64,000 nt of DNA from the NCBI GenBank assembly GCA_946623875.1, contig CAMORO010000004.1:2997-66996 (forward strand), given 5' to 3'. Numbering within the stretch: the first letter of the stretch is position 1; every line of letters begins with the position of its first letter. Source of the DNA: an uncultured Lachnospiraceae bacterium. GTDB taxonomy: Bacteria; Bacillota; Clostridia; Lachnospirales; Lachnospiraceae. The notes under the pieces were generated by a model. That model made no database searches and had not been told where the DNA came from. It saw only the letters and a program-made list of their open reading frames with translations. Positions 9,464 through 19,145 of this stretch are shown here, piece after piece. The position numbers and the translations under genes were made by a program.

Positions 9464-10468
9464 ATGGCTAAAGTGGCAATAATAGGAGCCGGGAGTTGGG
9501 GGATCGCACTGTCTGTTGTGTTGTACAACAACGGACATGAAGTGACTGTCTGGTCTGTTATAAGGGAAGAGATAGACATGCTTAGGGAAAAGCATGAACA
9601 TGTAGATAAGCTTCCGGGTGTCAGACTTCCCAATGATATGATCTTTACCACGGATCTTAAAGAGGCGTGCAGTGATAAGGATGCACTGGTACTTGCTGTT
9701 CCTTCACCTTTTACGAGGAGCACAGCGCATTCCATGAAGGACTGTGTAAGCGACGGACAGCTTATCGTAAGTGTTGCCAAGGGTATCGAAGAAGATACAC
9801 TTATGACTTTGTCGCAGATAATAAAGGAAGAGATACCGCAGTGCAGGGTAGCCGTACTGTGCGGACCGAGTCATGCCGAAGAGGTGGGTAAGTTAATTCC
9901 GACTACTCTTGTGGCCGGCGCGGATAATAAGGATACAGCCGGGTATGTTCAGAATCTTTTTATGAATGAGAAGCTCAGGGTTTATACGAGTTCGGACGTG
10001 CTTGGAATGGAGCTGGGTGCATCTTTGAAAAATGTTGTTGCGCTTGCTGCCGGAATAGCTGACGGTCTGGGATATGGCGACAACACCAAGGCTGCACTTA
10101 TTACAAGGGGAATTGCGGAAATAAGCCGTCTGGGTGTGAAGATGGGCGGAAAGCTTGAGACCTTCGGGGGACTTACCGGTATCGGGGATCTTATAGTGAC
10201 CTGCGCGAGTATGCATTCAAGGAACAGAAGAGCCGGTATACTTATAGGGCAGGGAAAGACCATGGATGAAGCCATGAAAGAGGTCAAGATGGTTGTCGAG
10301 GGCGTGTATTCGGCCAAGGCAGCCAAGGCGCTTGGTGAAAAATATGAGGTGGATCTTCCCATCATAGATCAGGTGAATGAGATACTGTTCAACAATAAGC
10401 CGGCAGCAGATGCCGTAAGGGATCTTATGCTGCGTGACAGAAGGGATGAGCACGGGACTTTCATATAA
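9464..10468 (+). CDS. gpsA: NAD(P)H-dependent glycerol-3-phosphate dehydrogenase
   Basis: IIGAGSWG dinucleotide fold and GASLKNVVALAAG. RBS GGAGAGG upstream. Confidence 0.95.
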   Translation: MAKVAIIGAGSWGIALSVVLYNNGHEVTVWSVIREEIDMLREKHEHVDKLPGVRLPNDMIFTTDLKEACSDKDALVLAVPSPFTRSTAHSMKDCVSDGQLIVSVAKGIEEDTLMTLSQIIKEEIPQCRVAVLCGPSHAEEVGKLIPTTLVAGADNKDTAGYVQNLFMNEKLRVYTSSDVLGMELGASLKNVVALAAGIADGLGYGDNTKAALITRGIAEISRLGVKMGGKLETFGGLTGIGDLIVTCASMHSRNRRAGILIGQGKTMDEAMKEVKMVVEGVYSAKAAKALGEKYEVDLPIIDQVNEILFNNKPAADAVRDLMLRDRRDEHGTFI

Positions 10469-10515
10469 GAGTACCTGCAACGGCTTGAAAGCGGGAAAGC
10501 CGGTAATCATTTAGG

Positions 10516-11202
10516 ATGGGATATATGTTTGAAAAGTTAACTGCATTTATAAAAGAAAGAAAACGAAGGATAGGCATGTCACTTGCGGGTGTCATTATCT
10601 GTGCCGTAAGTGTCGGAGTGTTTAAGCTGGCTGCACTCGGCGTGGATCCGTTTCAGTCGCTCATGAGCGGTCTGGATGCGACTGTTCCGATCGAATTCGG
10701 TACGCTGTATGTGATCGTCAATGCCGTACTTCTTGTATTCAGTCTGGTTGCCGACAGGCATAATATCGGTATAGCAACGTTTATCAATCTTTTCCTGTTG
10801 GGTTATATAACACAGTTCACATACGATATGCTGCAGAAGATATTTCCTGCGCCGTCCATGGTGTTTCGTGTAATATGTCTGATAATAGGGATAGTAGTGA
10901 TCTGTTTCGGATCGGCACTTTATATGACGGCCGATCTGGGTGTTTCCACATATGATGCAGTTGCGATCGTTATTTCCGGGAAATGGAAGATAGGTCAGTT
11001 CAAGTATGTGCGTATCTGTACTGATCTTGTGTGTGTGATCGCCGGATGCATCCTGTTCGCGGCTGCGGGGAATCCGATAGGAAAAATACCCACGATAGCG
11101 GGTATAGGTACCATAATCACGGCATTTTTCATGGGACCTCTTATTGAACTGTTCAACGAGAAGGTGGCACGTCCGATGCTTAAGAAGGATGAGAAGGGTT
11201 AA
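10516..11202 (+). CDS. Polytopic membrane protein, YczE/YitT-like (DUF6198-like)
   Basis: About 6 TM segments and LGVDPFQSL / DLGVSTYDA pseudo-repeat motifs typical of this family. The family is assigned from memory. ATG 10525 is an alternative start. Confidence 0.55.
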   Translation: MGYMFEKLTAFIKERKRRIGMSLAGVIICAVSVGVFKLAALGVDPFQSLMSGLDATVPIEFGTLYVIVNAVLLVFSLVADRHNIGIATFINLFLLGYITQFTYDMLQKIFPAPSMVFRVICLIIGIVVICFGSALYMTADLGVSTYDAVAIVISGKWKIGQFKYVRICTDLVCVIAGCILFAAAGNPIGKIPTIAGIGTIITAFFMGPLIELFNEKVARPMLKKDEKG

Positions 11203-11203
11203 T

Positions 11204-13261
11204 TTGAAGCGGAATCTTATAATCTGTTTTGCTGTTCTTGTTTTGGTGGAACTGTTTATATGCAATTACATGCATTTTTGGACTGTAGGGGAAAGCAGTT
11301 CAAGCCTTCTGTATCCGGCGGGAGACATGTCAGTGACATATAACGGGATGGAAGCGGACGGTTCGACTTTAAATATAGTTTCGGAATATGATGTTTATAT
11401 CCTGGCAGAAGATATAAACACCGAATGCAGGGATATATATATAGGGCTTGAGAAATTCGATACGCCTCCGATAAGAGGAGACGAGGGTGTGGACATTACC
11501 GTGTATATGAAGGACGGAGCCCATACCGAGTGGTATACAAGAGGCGGAACGCACACTGTCTGCAGAAATGTCGACAGGAGCAAGTATATCAGCATAAGAC
11601 CGATGGGAGAGCTTACGGCCCTGATGATACGTTTCGGGGATAACCTTGGGGGAACGTCACTTACGTTTGATGATATTTCCGTAAACCGGCCGGTTCCTAT
11701 GCATTTTTCAATACTCAGGGTTCTTGTTATATATTTGCTCCTGCTCCTTGTGTATGCAGTAAGGCCGGGTTCGGCTGTTTTCAGGGTTAAGTACGATCCG
11801 CGAAATAAAAAACAGACAGCCGGGGCGGTATGTCTGTGCCTTGCATTAAGTATAACGGTAATACACTTTACGGATTATATGACCCAGTACGCGGAAAACG
11901 GGGCAAGGGATCCGTATAATATGCTGGCGCATGCACTTTCACAGGGAAAGGTGAGTATCGATGACGATCTTTCCGATATGATGGGGATCGCCGAGGCTGA
12001 GCATCCCTATGTGCCTGATGCAAGGTCCGGTTATTCGTATAACTGGGACAGTGCATTTTATAACGGTCATTATTATGTGTATTACGGTATTGTACCGGAA
12101 ATCCTGTTTTATCTTCCGCATTATCTTTTAACCGAAAAGGATCTTAATATCAGATGGCCGCTCAGGATTGAGCTGCTTCTCATCATTTTCGGAGGATTAT
12201 TCCTGTTTCGTGAGATGTCAGGGCGTTTTGACGCGTTGCCGTATGTTTTATGGCTTTTGCTGCTTGCATCCTCGTTGATGGGAATGTATCTTATGACACT
12301 TTCCAAGGTTCCCACCTTCTATTACCTGCCGCCGGCAATGGCTATAGCGGCTACTCTGTGGGGACTGTATTTCTGGCTGTCTTCGGTAAGATCCGGTCCT
12401 CAGAAGGCAGGGGCTGATACATATGTTGCGTGGAGGATTGCAGCCGGATCCCTCTGCATGGCACTCGTTATCGGATGCAGGCCGCAGATGATTATCGGAA
12501 GTATACTGGCCGTTCCGATATTCATGGAGTATTTCATAAAGAAAGACAGTGAATCATACAATACGAACAATACGGTAAAGTACATCCTGTGCGGCGGGGT
12601 TCCGTATATTCTCGTCTTTGTTCCGATACTGTATTACAATTCGATAAGGTTTTCGGGACCGTTTGACTTTGGAGCGGCGTACAATCTTACTGCAATAGAT
12701 TTGACTCAGATAAACAGTGATTTCGGTAAGCTTATCCCCGGACTGTTCACGTACTGGTTCAGGCTTCCGAGGATCTCCATGGTCTTTCCCTTTGTCATGG
12801 GGGAGGCTTATGAGACTTCATACATCGGTGATATATTCTCCCATTGGGGATTTGGAGGTCTTGTTCCCGCCGATCCGCTGCTTTTGTTTGCATTTCTGGG
12901 GTTGAAAAAAAGATCGTGGATCCCGGGTTCAGGGGTGAGGCTGTTTATAAGGATTTCCTTTGCGGTCTCAGTGGTGATCACAGTGGCTGATCTCATGGCA
13001 GGAGGCTATATGCCCAGATATCTGTGCGATATTGCCCCGTTTTTATTTGCGGCAGCTCTTCCCGTGGTTTTCCCGCTGGTTGTAAGCCGGGAAGATACAG
13101 AGACCGGACGGCTGCTTGTATCTGTACTGTGTTATATATGTATAGCATCAATCATGTACCATTATTTCCTTTATTACACTCTTGATGACGGTTCGCAGTT
13201 CGGTACATGGGACAGGGATGTTTTTGTAAGAGCGGCACATTTCTGGCAATGGTGGGAGTGA
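11204..13261 (+). CDS. Large polytopic membrane protein, possibly a GT-C-type glycosyltransferase
   Basis: An N-terminal TM, an extracytoplasmic domain of about 160 aa, then 12 or more TM segments. I prefer TTG 11204 (GAGAAGGG 5 nt upstream, abutting the upstream stop) over the listed ATG 11144, which overlaps the upstream gene by 59 nt. The function is a guess. Confidence 0.45.
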   Translation: MKRNLIICFAVLVLVELFICNYMHFWTVGESSSSLLYPAGDMSVTYNGMEADGSTLNIVSEYDVYILAEDINTECRDIYIGLEKFDTPPIRGDEGVDITVYMKDGAHTEWYTRGGTHTVCRNVDRSKYISIRPMGELTALMIRFGDNLGGTSLTFDDISVNRPVPMHFSILRVLVIYLLLLLVYAVRPGSAVFRVKYDPRNKKQTAGAVCLCLALSITVIHFTDYMTQYAENGARDPYNMLAHALSQGKVSIDDDLSDMMGIAEAEHPYVPDARSGYSYNWDSAFYNGHYYVYYGIVPEILFYLPHYLLTEKDLNIRWPLRIELLLIIFGGLFLFREMSGRFDALPYVLWLLLLASSLMGMYLMTLSKVPTFYYLPPAMAIAATLWGLYFWLSSVRSGPQKAGADTYVAWRIAAGSLCMALVIGCRPQMIIGSILAVPIFMEYFIKKDSESYNTNNTVKYILCGGVPYILVFVPILYYNSIRFSGPFDFGAAYNLTAIDLTQINSDFGKLIPGLFTYWFRLPRISMVFPFVMGEAYETSYIGDIFSHWGFGGLVPADPLLLFAFLGLKKRSWIPGSGVRLFIRISFAVSVVITVADLMAGGYMPRYLCDIAPFLFAAALPVVFPLVVSREDTETGRLLVSVLCYICIASIMYHYFLYYTLDDGSQFGTWDRDVFVRAAHFWQWWE

Positions 13262-13293
13262 TATAAGAGAATATGGATGTTTGCCTGAAAATG

Positions 13294-13302
13294 TGTTATA
13301 AT
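13294..13302 (+). promoter_or_regulatory. Extended -10 (TGtTATAAT) upstream of argB
   Basis: tgttataat read directly, about 75 nt upstream of the argB start. Confidence 0.4.
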
Positions 13303-13376
13303 ACAGCACGTTTGATCGGCGGATAATGTAAATAGACAATTAAAACCGTATACGATGAAGGATTGGAGTGAGTGAT

Positions 13377-14282
13377 ATGTCAGTCAGCAGAGAAGAATAT
13401 ATGGAGAAATATTATCAGAAGGCAGAAGTGCTTATCGAAGCGCTGCCTTACATACAGAAGTTCAACCGTAAGGTAATTGTTGTTAAATACGGCGGCAGTG
13501 CAATGAGTGATGAGGAAATAAAGAAGAATGTCATCAAGGATGTCACTCTGTTAAAGCTTGTCGGTTTTAAGCCTATCGTTGTGCACGGCGGCGGAAAGGA
13601 TATAAGCAACTGGGTTCGGAAGGTTGGCAAGGAGGCTCAGTTCGTTAACGGCTTCAGGGTTACCGATGATGAAACAATGGAGATCGCCGAGATGGTGCTT
13701 GGAAGAGTTAACAAACAACTGGTTGCGATGGTGCAGGAGCTCGGTGTTAAGGCTGTCGGTATATCCGGTAAGGACGGAGGACTGCTGGAGGTGGAAAAGA
13801 AGTACGCTGACGGTAAGGATATCGGGTATGTCGGAAATGTTACAAAGGTGAATACGAAGATTCTTGAGGATCTTCTGGATGATGATTTTCTTCCGATCGT
13901 ATCACCTATAGGTCTTGACAGTAATTTCGATACTTACAATATCAATGCCGATGATGCGGCGTGCGCGATAGCCAAGGCCATGCATGCGGATAAGCTGGCA
14001 TTCCTCACAGATATTGAAGGTGTATTCAGGGATAAGGATAATAAATCAGACTTTATCTCGAGACTGACCGTAAGCGAGGCCAAGAAGCTGATCGATACAG
14101 GCATAGTCGGGGGCGGTATGCTTCCGAAGCTTAACAACTGTACGGATGCAGTTGAACACGGAGTTAACAGGGTGCATATTCTTGACGGAAGGAAGCCTCA
14201 TACACTGCTTCTTGAGATTTTTACCAATAAGGGTATCGGAACCATGTTCTTTGCGGATGATGAGAAAGACTCGCTGCTGTAG
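13377..14282 (+). CDS. argB: Acetylglutamate kinase
   Basis: [14 protein letters not shown], and the amino-acid kinase fold throughout. ATG 13377 follows GGAG (13365-13368). The listed start 13368 is a GTG overlapping that GGAG. Confidence 0.92.
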   Translation: MSVSREEYMEKYYQKAEVLIEALPYIQKFNRKVIVVKYGGSAMSDEEIKKNVIKDVTLLKLVGFKPIVVHGGGKDISNWVRKVGKEAQFVNGFRVTDDETMEIAEMVLGRVNKQLVAMVQELGVKAVGISGKDGGLLEVEKKYADGKDIGYVGNVTKVNTKILEDLLDDDFLPIVSPIGLDSNFDTYNINADDAACAIAKAMHADKLAFLTDIEGVFRDKDNKSDFISRLTVSEAKKLIDTGIVGGGMLPKLNNCTDAVEHGVNRVHILDGRKPHTLLLEIFTNKGIGTMFFADDEKDSLL

Positions 14283-14392
14283 AAGAGCAAATCATACCAA
14301 TTAAGACAGATTGGTGGTATAAAGCGGATTATGAAATCCGGGAATCGTCATAAGGGATGAATTCTTTATGACAGGTAAAAGAGGGAAAACAG

Positions 14393-15589
14393 ATGACGAT
14401 GAATGAATACATTAATGAAGCCGAGGGTGTTCTGCTTCATACATATAACAGGTATCCCGTAGTCTTTGATCATGGCAAGGGCGTAAGACTGTATGATCTT
14501 GAAGGAAAGGAGTACCTTGATTTCTGCGCCGGAATAGCGGTATTTGCTTTGGGTTATGGAAATGAGGAGTATAACAGTGCCCTGAAGGCCCAGATAGACA
14601 AGCTTATCCATACCTCCAATCTGTTTTATTCCGTTCCTGCAATAGAGGCTGCCAAAGGACTTGCGAAGGTGTCCGGCATGGACAGGGTTTTCTTCACGAA
14701 CAGCGGGGCCGAGGCTATAGAGGGTGCCATCAAGTCGGCAAGGAAGTATGCCTATGATAAGGATGGGAAGACGGATCATGAGATAATAGCGATGAACCAT
14801 TCGTTTCACGGACGCACCATGGGAGCATTGTCTGTTACGGGAAAGAAGCAGTACAGAGAGCCGTTCTATCCTATGATCGGTAACATCAGGTATGCAGAGT
14901 TTAATGATTATGAGAGTGTACTTGGAAATGTAAATGATAAGACCTGTGCGATCATCATGGAGACCATTCAGGGAGAGGGAGGTATATATCCGGCAGAACA
15001 GGAATTCCTTGAAAAAGTCAGGAAATTGTGTGATGAGAGGGATATATTGCTTATCCTTGATGAAATACAGTGCGGTATGGGACGCAGCGGAAGCATGTTC
15101 GCATATGAAGCATACGGTATACGTCCGGATATCGTCACTGTTGCGAAGGCTGTAGGCTGCGGCGTTCCGGTAGGTGCATTTATGATGACACAGAGGGTTG
15201 CGGACAGGGCGCTTAAGCCGGGAGACCACGGTACTACATATGGCGGCAATCCGCTCGTGACGGCGGCTGTCTGCGAGGTTCTTAAGCAGTTTGAAGAACG
15301 CAGGGTAATTGATAATGTCAGGACAGTGGGCGAATATCTGTATGCAAGTCTTGAACAGATATTGAATGAATATGATTGTGTGACAGCACACAGGGGAAGG
15401 GGGCTCATACAGGGTATTGAGCTTGATCCTGATAAGAAATCGGCGGCAGATGTCTGCAGGAAGGCTATAGAAAGCGGACTTATAATAATAACTGCGGGAA
15501 CCAATACCATCAGATTCATCCCTCCTCTTATTATAACAAAAGAGGATGTTGACAGTATGATCGGTATCTTGAAGAATGTATTAGGGTAA
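14393..15589 (+). CDS. argD: Acetylornithine aminotransferase (class III PLP)
   Basis: LILDEIQCGMGRSG, FHGRT and the PLP-Lys region TVAKAVG. Adjacent to argB. Confidence 0.9.
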   Translation: MTMNEYINEAEGVLLHTYNRYPVVFDHGKGVRLYDLEGKEYLDFCAGIAVFALGYGNEEYNSALKAQIDKLIHTSNLFYSVPAIEAAKGLAKVSGMDRVFFTNSGAEAIEGAIKSARKYAYDKDGKTDHEIIAMNHSFHGRTMGALSVTGKKQYREPFYPMIGNIRYAEFNDYESVLGNVNDKTCAIIMETIQGEGGIYPAEQEFLEKVRKLCDERDILLILDEIQCGMGRSGSMFAYEAYGIRPDIVTVAKAVGCGVPVGAFMMTQRVADRALKPGDHGTTYGGNPLVTAAVCEVLKQFEERRVIDNVRTVGEYLYASLEQILNEYDCVTAHRGRGLIQGIELDPDKKSAADVCRKAIESGLIIITAGTNTIRFIPPLIITKEDVDSMIGILKNVLG

Positions 15590-15593
15590 TTTA

Positions 15594-17321
15594 ATGAAAA
15601 GAATGGTAAGCATGATCATTGCAGCCGTATTGGTGGCTGCAATGGTCATTTTAGCGATAAGAATAAAGGATCCCATGTACACGGATGCTTCGGGTTACGT
15701 GGTAGGTGACAACGGTACGGGAAAGACGGGGATGATGCTGAAGAGGAACACATCCACCCTTCACGAACCGGATACGCTCATATTGTGGTATACCGATGAT
15801 TCGCTTACTGATTACATCAATGATACCGCTGTGGCGTACCGTGCCGAAAAAGGAGTACGTGTTAAGCCGGTACTTGTAAGCGGAGTGGAGCTTCTCGAAC
15901 AGATAAACCATGCGTCAATATATGAGGGAACCGAGGAAAACGGAGAGATCCTTACCGCGCCCGATCTGTATATTACGACACATGACAATCTTATGAAGGC
16001 CTATTATGCCGGTCTGGCCTCGGAGATCACCGATCCGCAGAAGATGGTCAATGCCATCAATTATCCGCAGACATCACTGCATGCCGTAAGCTGCAGCGGT
16101 AAATATGTGGGATATCCGCTTTATTACGAAACCAACTTCCTTCTGTATAACAAGACTTATATGGCCAATATAGCCAAGCAGAATATAGGGAGCTCCGACG
16201 GGTTCGACGATATGGAGAATGCGGCGGAAGATACTTCTGATGAGGCTGCCCGGGATAGTGGAGAGGATGACGGGGGCGGATCTGATGCGGTATCCGGGAA
16301 TGATGCCGAAAGGACTGTGACTTCCGGTAACGGAATAAAGGTTGAAAACAGGGCAATATCCGCAAACAGCACAGCTTCTCCGGAAAACGAAGAAGGCCCT
16401 GATGCATCTGATTCTTCCACAGAAGGCGGAATGACAGAGGATGGGCAGGAAGACACCGAACCGATGGGGAATGAGGATATGACAGCAGATCCCGAGGTAC
16501 TTGAAAAGCTTGCCAATATGATCCCGTCTACAATAGATGATATCCTGACCTTCGCCAATAACTATGATGCCCCCGAAGAGGTGGAGGCGATTTTCAAGTG
16601 GGATGTTTCGGATATATTCTACAATTATTTCTTTGTCGGAAATTACATGAACGTAGGCGGCGAAGACGGTGATGACAATTCCTATTTCAATATCTATAAC
16701 CAGCAGGCGGTTGACTGCCTGAAGGTTTACCAGAATATCAATCAGTTTTTCTCGATAGATTCAAAAGAAGTAACCTATGAAGGTATCCTGAATGAATTTA
16801 TTGAGGGGAAGACCGTATTTACGGTTGCAACTACAGATGCCATAGCAAGGATAAAGGAAGCCAGGGAAAAGGGAGAGTTTAATTATGATTACGGTGTCGC
16901 CGTACTTCCCGATATCAGTGCGACTCTTAAAGCCCGCGGTCTTTCTCAAACATCGACGGTGGTTGTTAACGGATATTCATACAATAAGGAAACGGCGAAT
17001 GATTTTGCCGAATATATGTCCTTTACCAAGGCGGCGGATATATATAAGAAGGCCGGAAGGATCTCCTGTCTTAAGAATGTCAACTACGAAGATGCGGAAA
17101 TTCCCAATATCATGCAGGAATATGAGAAATCGGTTCCCCTGCCCAAGATGATCGAGGCAGGTAACTACTGGGTTCAGCTTGAGATAGCGTTCACCAAGGT
17201 GTGGAACGGTGCCGATCCGGATGAAACCCTTAAGGAGCTTAACGATACCATAGGCGAGCAGATAGATGAGCTTGAACACCATGTGCTTACCCAGGAGTCG
17301 ATCAAGGTAGGAATCGACTGA
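15594..17321 (+). CDS. Membrane-anchored MalE-like solute-binding-fold protein with a large acidic insertion
   Basis: N-terminal TM. LILWYTDD...VRVKPV...PDLYITTHDNL and GYPLYYETNFLLYNK parallel the MBP fold. An Asp/Glu/Ser/Gly-rich insertion of about 105 aa is encoded at about 16185-16500. No ABC permease or ATPase is nearby. Confidence 0.6.
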   Translation: MKRMVSMIIAAVLVAAMVILAIRIKDPMYTDASGYVVGDNGTGKTGMMLKRNTSTLHEPDTLILWYTDDSLTDYINDTAVAYRAEKGVRVKPVLVSGVELLEQINHASIYEGTEENGEILTAPDLYITTHDNLMKAYYAGLASEITDPQKMVNAINYPQTSLHAVSCSGKYVGYPLYYETNFLLYNKTYMANIAKQNIGSSDGFDDMENAAEDTSDEAARDSGEDDGGGSDAVSGNDAERTVTSGNGIKVENRAISANSTASPENEEGPDASDSSTEGGMTEDGQEDTEPMGNEDMTADPEVLEKLANMIPSTIDDILTFANNYDAPEEVEAIFKWDVSDIFYNYFFVGNYMNVGGEDGDDNSYFNIYNQQAVDCLKVYQNINQFFSIDSKEVTYEGILNEFIEGKTVFTVATTDAIARIKEAREKGEFNYDYGVAVLPDISATLKARGLSQTSTVVVNGYSYNKETANDFAEYMSFTKAADIYKKAGRISCLKNVNYEDAEIPNIMQEYEKSVPLPKMIEAGNYWVQLEIAFTKVWNGADPDETLKELNDTIGEQIDELEHHVLTQESIKVGID

Positions 17322-17440
17322 GTTCACAATTTGAACACTTTTTTTACACTTTTTTCTCACCAAAGCTATATAAAATGAACACAAGATAAAGATAAGGTAT
17401 TATTAAAGGTAATCAAAGACAAAGGCTGTCACGGTTGCAA

Positions 17441-17448
17441 TGTATAAT
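17441..17448 (+). promoter_or_regulatory. Extended -10 (TGTATAAT) upstream of htrA
   Basis: tgtataat read directly, about 60 nt upstream of ATG 17510. Confidence 0.4.
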
Positions 17449-17509
17449 GAGAAACAAGGTGTAAGGCAGATCGTGAGAACAGTGAACAGTAATAAGGGAG
17501 GTATGCATC

Positions 17510-19012
17510 ATGTATGAAGATTACGATTACGAAAACAAAGTGATACCGGATGAGAAGGAAAAGCTTCAGGCCAGGATGAAGGCGGAGGCCGTTAAGGAAG
17601 CAAAGGCAAAGAAAAAAGAGAAACGTAATAAATGGTTTATGTGTGTTGCTTATGCCCTTGTATTCGGTCTTATAGCCGGCGGAACATTCCAGGGCGTCAA
17701 TCTTGCAGGTGACCTGATACGGGAAAAGACGGGGCTTGCAGGTAAGAATGTCGCAGAAGAGAAGGAAAGCGATAAAAAGGAAGCCACACTTAAGACAAAC
17801 GAAGAAAAGAGTAATGACACTGAAACCGAAAAGGAGAGCAGGAGCAAGGCCAGTATCAGCAAAGCTGAAACAGCATCTCTTGCAGCCGAGGGTCCTCTTG
17901 ATGTATCGACAGTTGCCGGTAATGTAATGCCTTCGATCGTGTCAATAACAAATAAGGGAGTTCAGGAAGTCAGATCACTCTTCGGACGCGGTATACGTGA
18001 GTATGAGAGTATGAGCGCAGGATCCGGGATCATAATCGGTGAGAATGATGACGAGCTTCTTCTGGTCACAAACAATCATGTTATTGAGGGAGCCAAGGAG
18101 TTGTCGGTATGCTTCATAGATGAGGAGGTATGTTCGGCGGTTGTAAAGGGAACGGATCCGGAGAACGATCTTGCTGTTATATCGGTTAAACTGTCGGATA
18201 TCAAGGACAGTACAATGGACAAGATCGCGATCGCAACCATGGGTGATTCGGAAGATCTGGTAATAGGGCAGCAGGTTGTTGCCATAGGTAATGCGCTGGG
18301 TTACGGACAGTCGGTAACAACGGGTATAATAAGTGCGCTTGAGCGTGAGGTTGAGATTGACAATCTGGCCAGCAAGCTTATTCAGACCGATGCAGCGATC
18401 AATCCTGGTAACAGCGGCGGCGCACTTCTTAATATGAGAGGCGAGGTTATAGGAATCAATTCAGCCAAGTTCGCATCGTCGGAGATAGAGGGTATGGGTT
18501 ATGCGATCCCTATTTCAACTGCGACGCCGATCATTGAAGAACTTATGAACCGTGAGACTAGAGAGCTTGTTGACAAAAAGGATGCAAGTTATCTGGGAAT
18601 ATCAGGAGTATCGGTTACCGAGGATGTTTCAAAGACTTACAATATTCCCAAGGGTATATATATTTCGGAAGCGGAGGAAAACGGACCTGCAGACAAGGGC
18701 GGTATTGTGAAAGGCGATGTCATAAGAAAGTTTGGGGGTGTGACCGTTTCCACCATGAATGATATTAAGGAACAGCTTCTCTATTACAAGGCAGGAGAAG
18801 AGGTTGAAATACTCCTTCTAAGATCTGACGGAAGTGAATATAAGGAAGTTACCGTAAAGGTTACACTCGGTAAGAAGTCCGATTCACCGCTTGCCAACGA
18901 GGAGGAAGAAGACGGGGAGACCGAACAACCGTCCGGAAATAACGGCAATAACGGTTTGGGCGGAGATTTCGGTGAGTATTACATAGATCCTTTCTCGATC
19001 TTCGGATTTTAA
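17510..19012 (+). CDS. htrA: HtrA/DegP-family serine protease with PDZ domain
   Basis: Catalytic triad context (TNNHV, DLAV, GNSGGAL), a C-terminal PDZ (GIYISEAEENGPADKGGIVKGDVI), and an N-terminal TM after a Lys/Glu-rich tail. Confidence 0.9.
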   Translation: MYEDYDYENKVIPDEKEKLQARMKAEAVKEAKAKKKEKRNKWFMCVAYALVFGLIAGGTFQGVNLAGDLIREKTGLAGKNVAEEKESDKKEATLKTNEEKSNDTETEKESRSKASISKAETASLAAEGPLDVSTVAGNVMPSIVSITNKGVQEVRSLFGRGIREYESMSAGSGIIIGENDDELLLVTNNHVIEGAKELSVCFIDEEVCSAVVKGTDPENDLAVISVKLSDIKDSTMDKIAIATMGDSEDLVIGQQVVAIGNALGYGQSVTTGIISALEREVEIDNLASKLIQTDAAINPGNSGGALLNMRGEVIGINSAKFASSEIEGMGYAIPISTATPIIEELMNRETRELVDKKDASYLGISGVSVTEDVSKTYNIPKGIYISEAEENGPADKGGIVKGDVIRKFGGVTVSTMNDIKEQLLYYKAGEEVEILLLRSDGSEYKEVTVKVTLGKKSDSPLANEEEEDGETEQPSGNNGNNGLGGDFGEYYIDPFSIFGF

Positions 19013-19093
19013 TTTTCAAAATCTGTTTATAAATACATCAACTTAAGCATTTACTTTAAATCCCATTCATTCTATAATTAGATTATCAATAAC

Positions 19094-19135
19094 AAACGGG
19101 CGTCCAAGGGACGCTCGTTTGAGTGTGTATATTTT
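19094..19135 (+). terminator. Hairpin (12-bp stem) downstream of htrA, probable terminator
   Basis: aaacgggcgtcc / ggacgctcgttt pair (one G-U) around a 3-nt loop, followed by a T-containing tract (gtgtatatttt). Confidence 0.45.
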
Positions 19136-19145
19136 GGAGTTAATT

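Noticed and set aside
14366-15391. 341-aa ORF antisense to argD
   Set aside because: It lies fully inside a confidently identified gene on the other strand. It has junk-like composition (Cys/His/Arg/Ile-rich) and no SD. Long antisense frames recur throughout the window because the complements of stop codons (TTA, CTA, TCA) are rarely used as sense codons.
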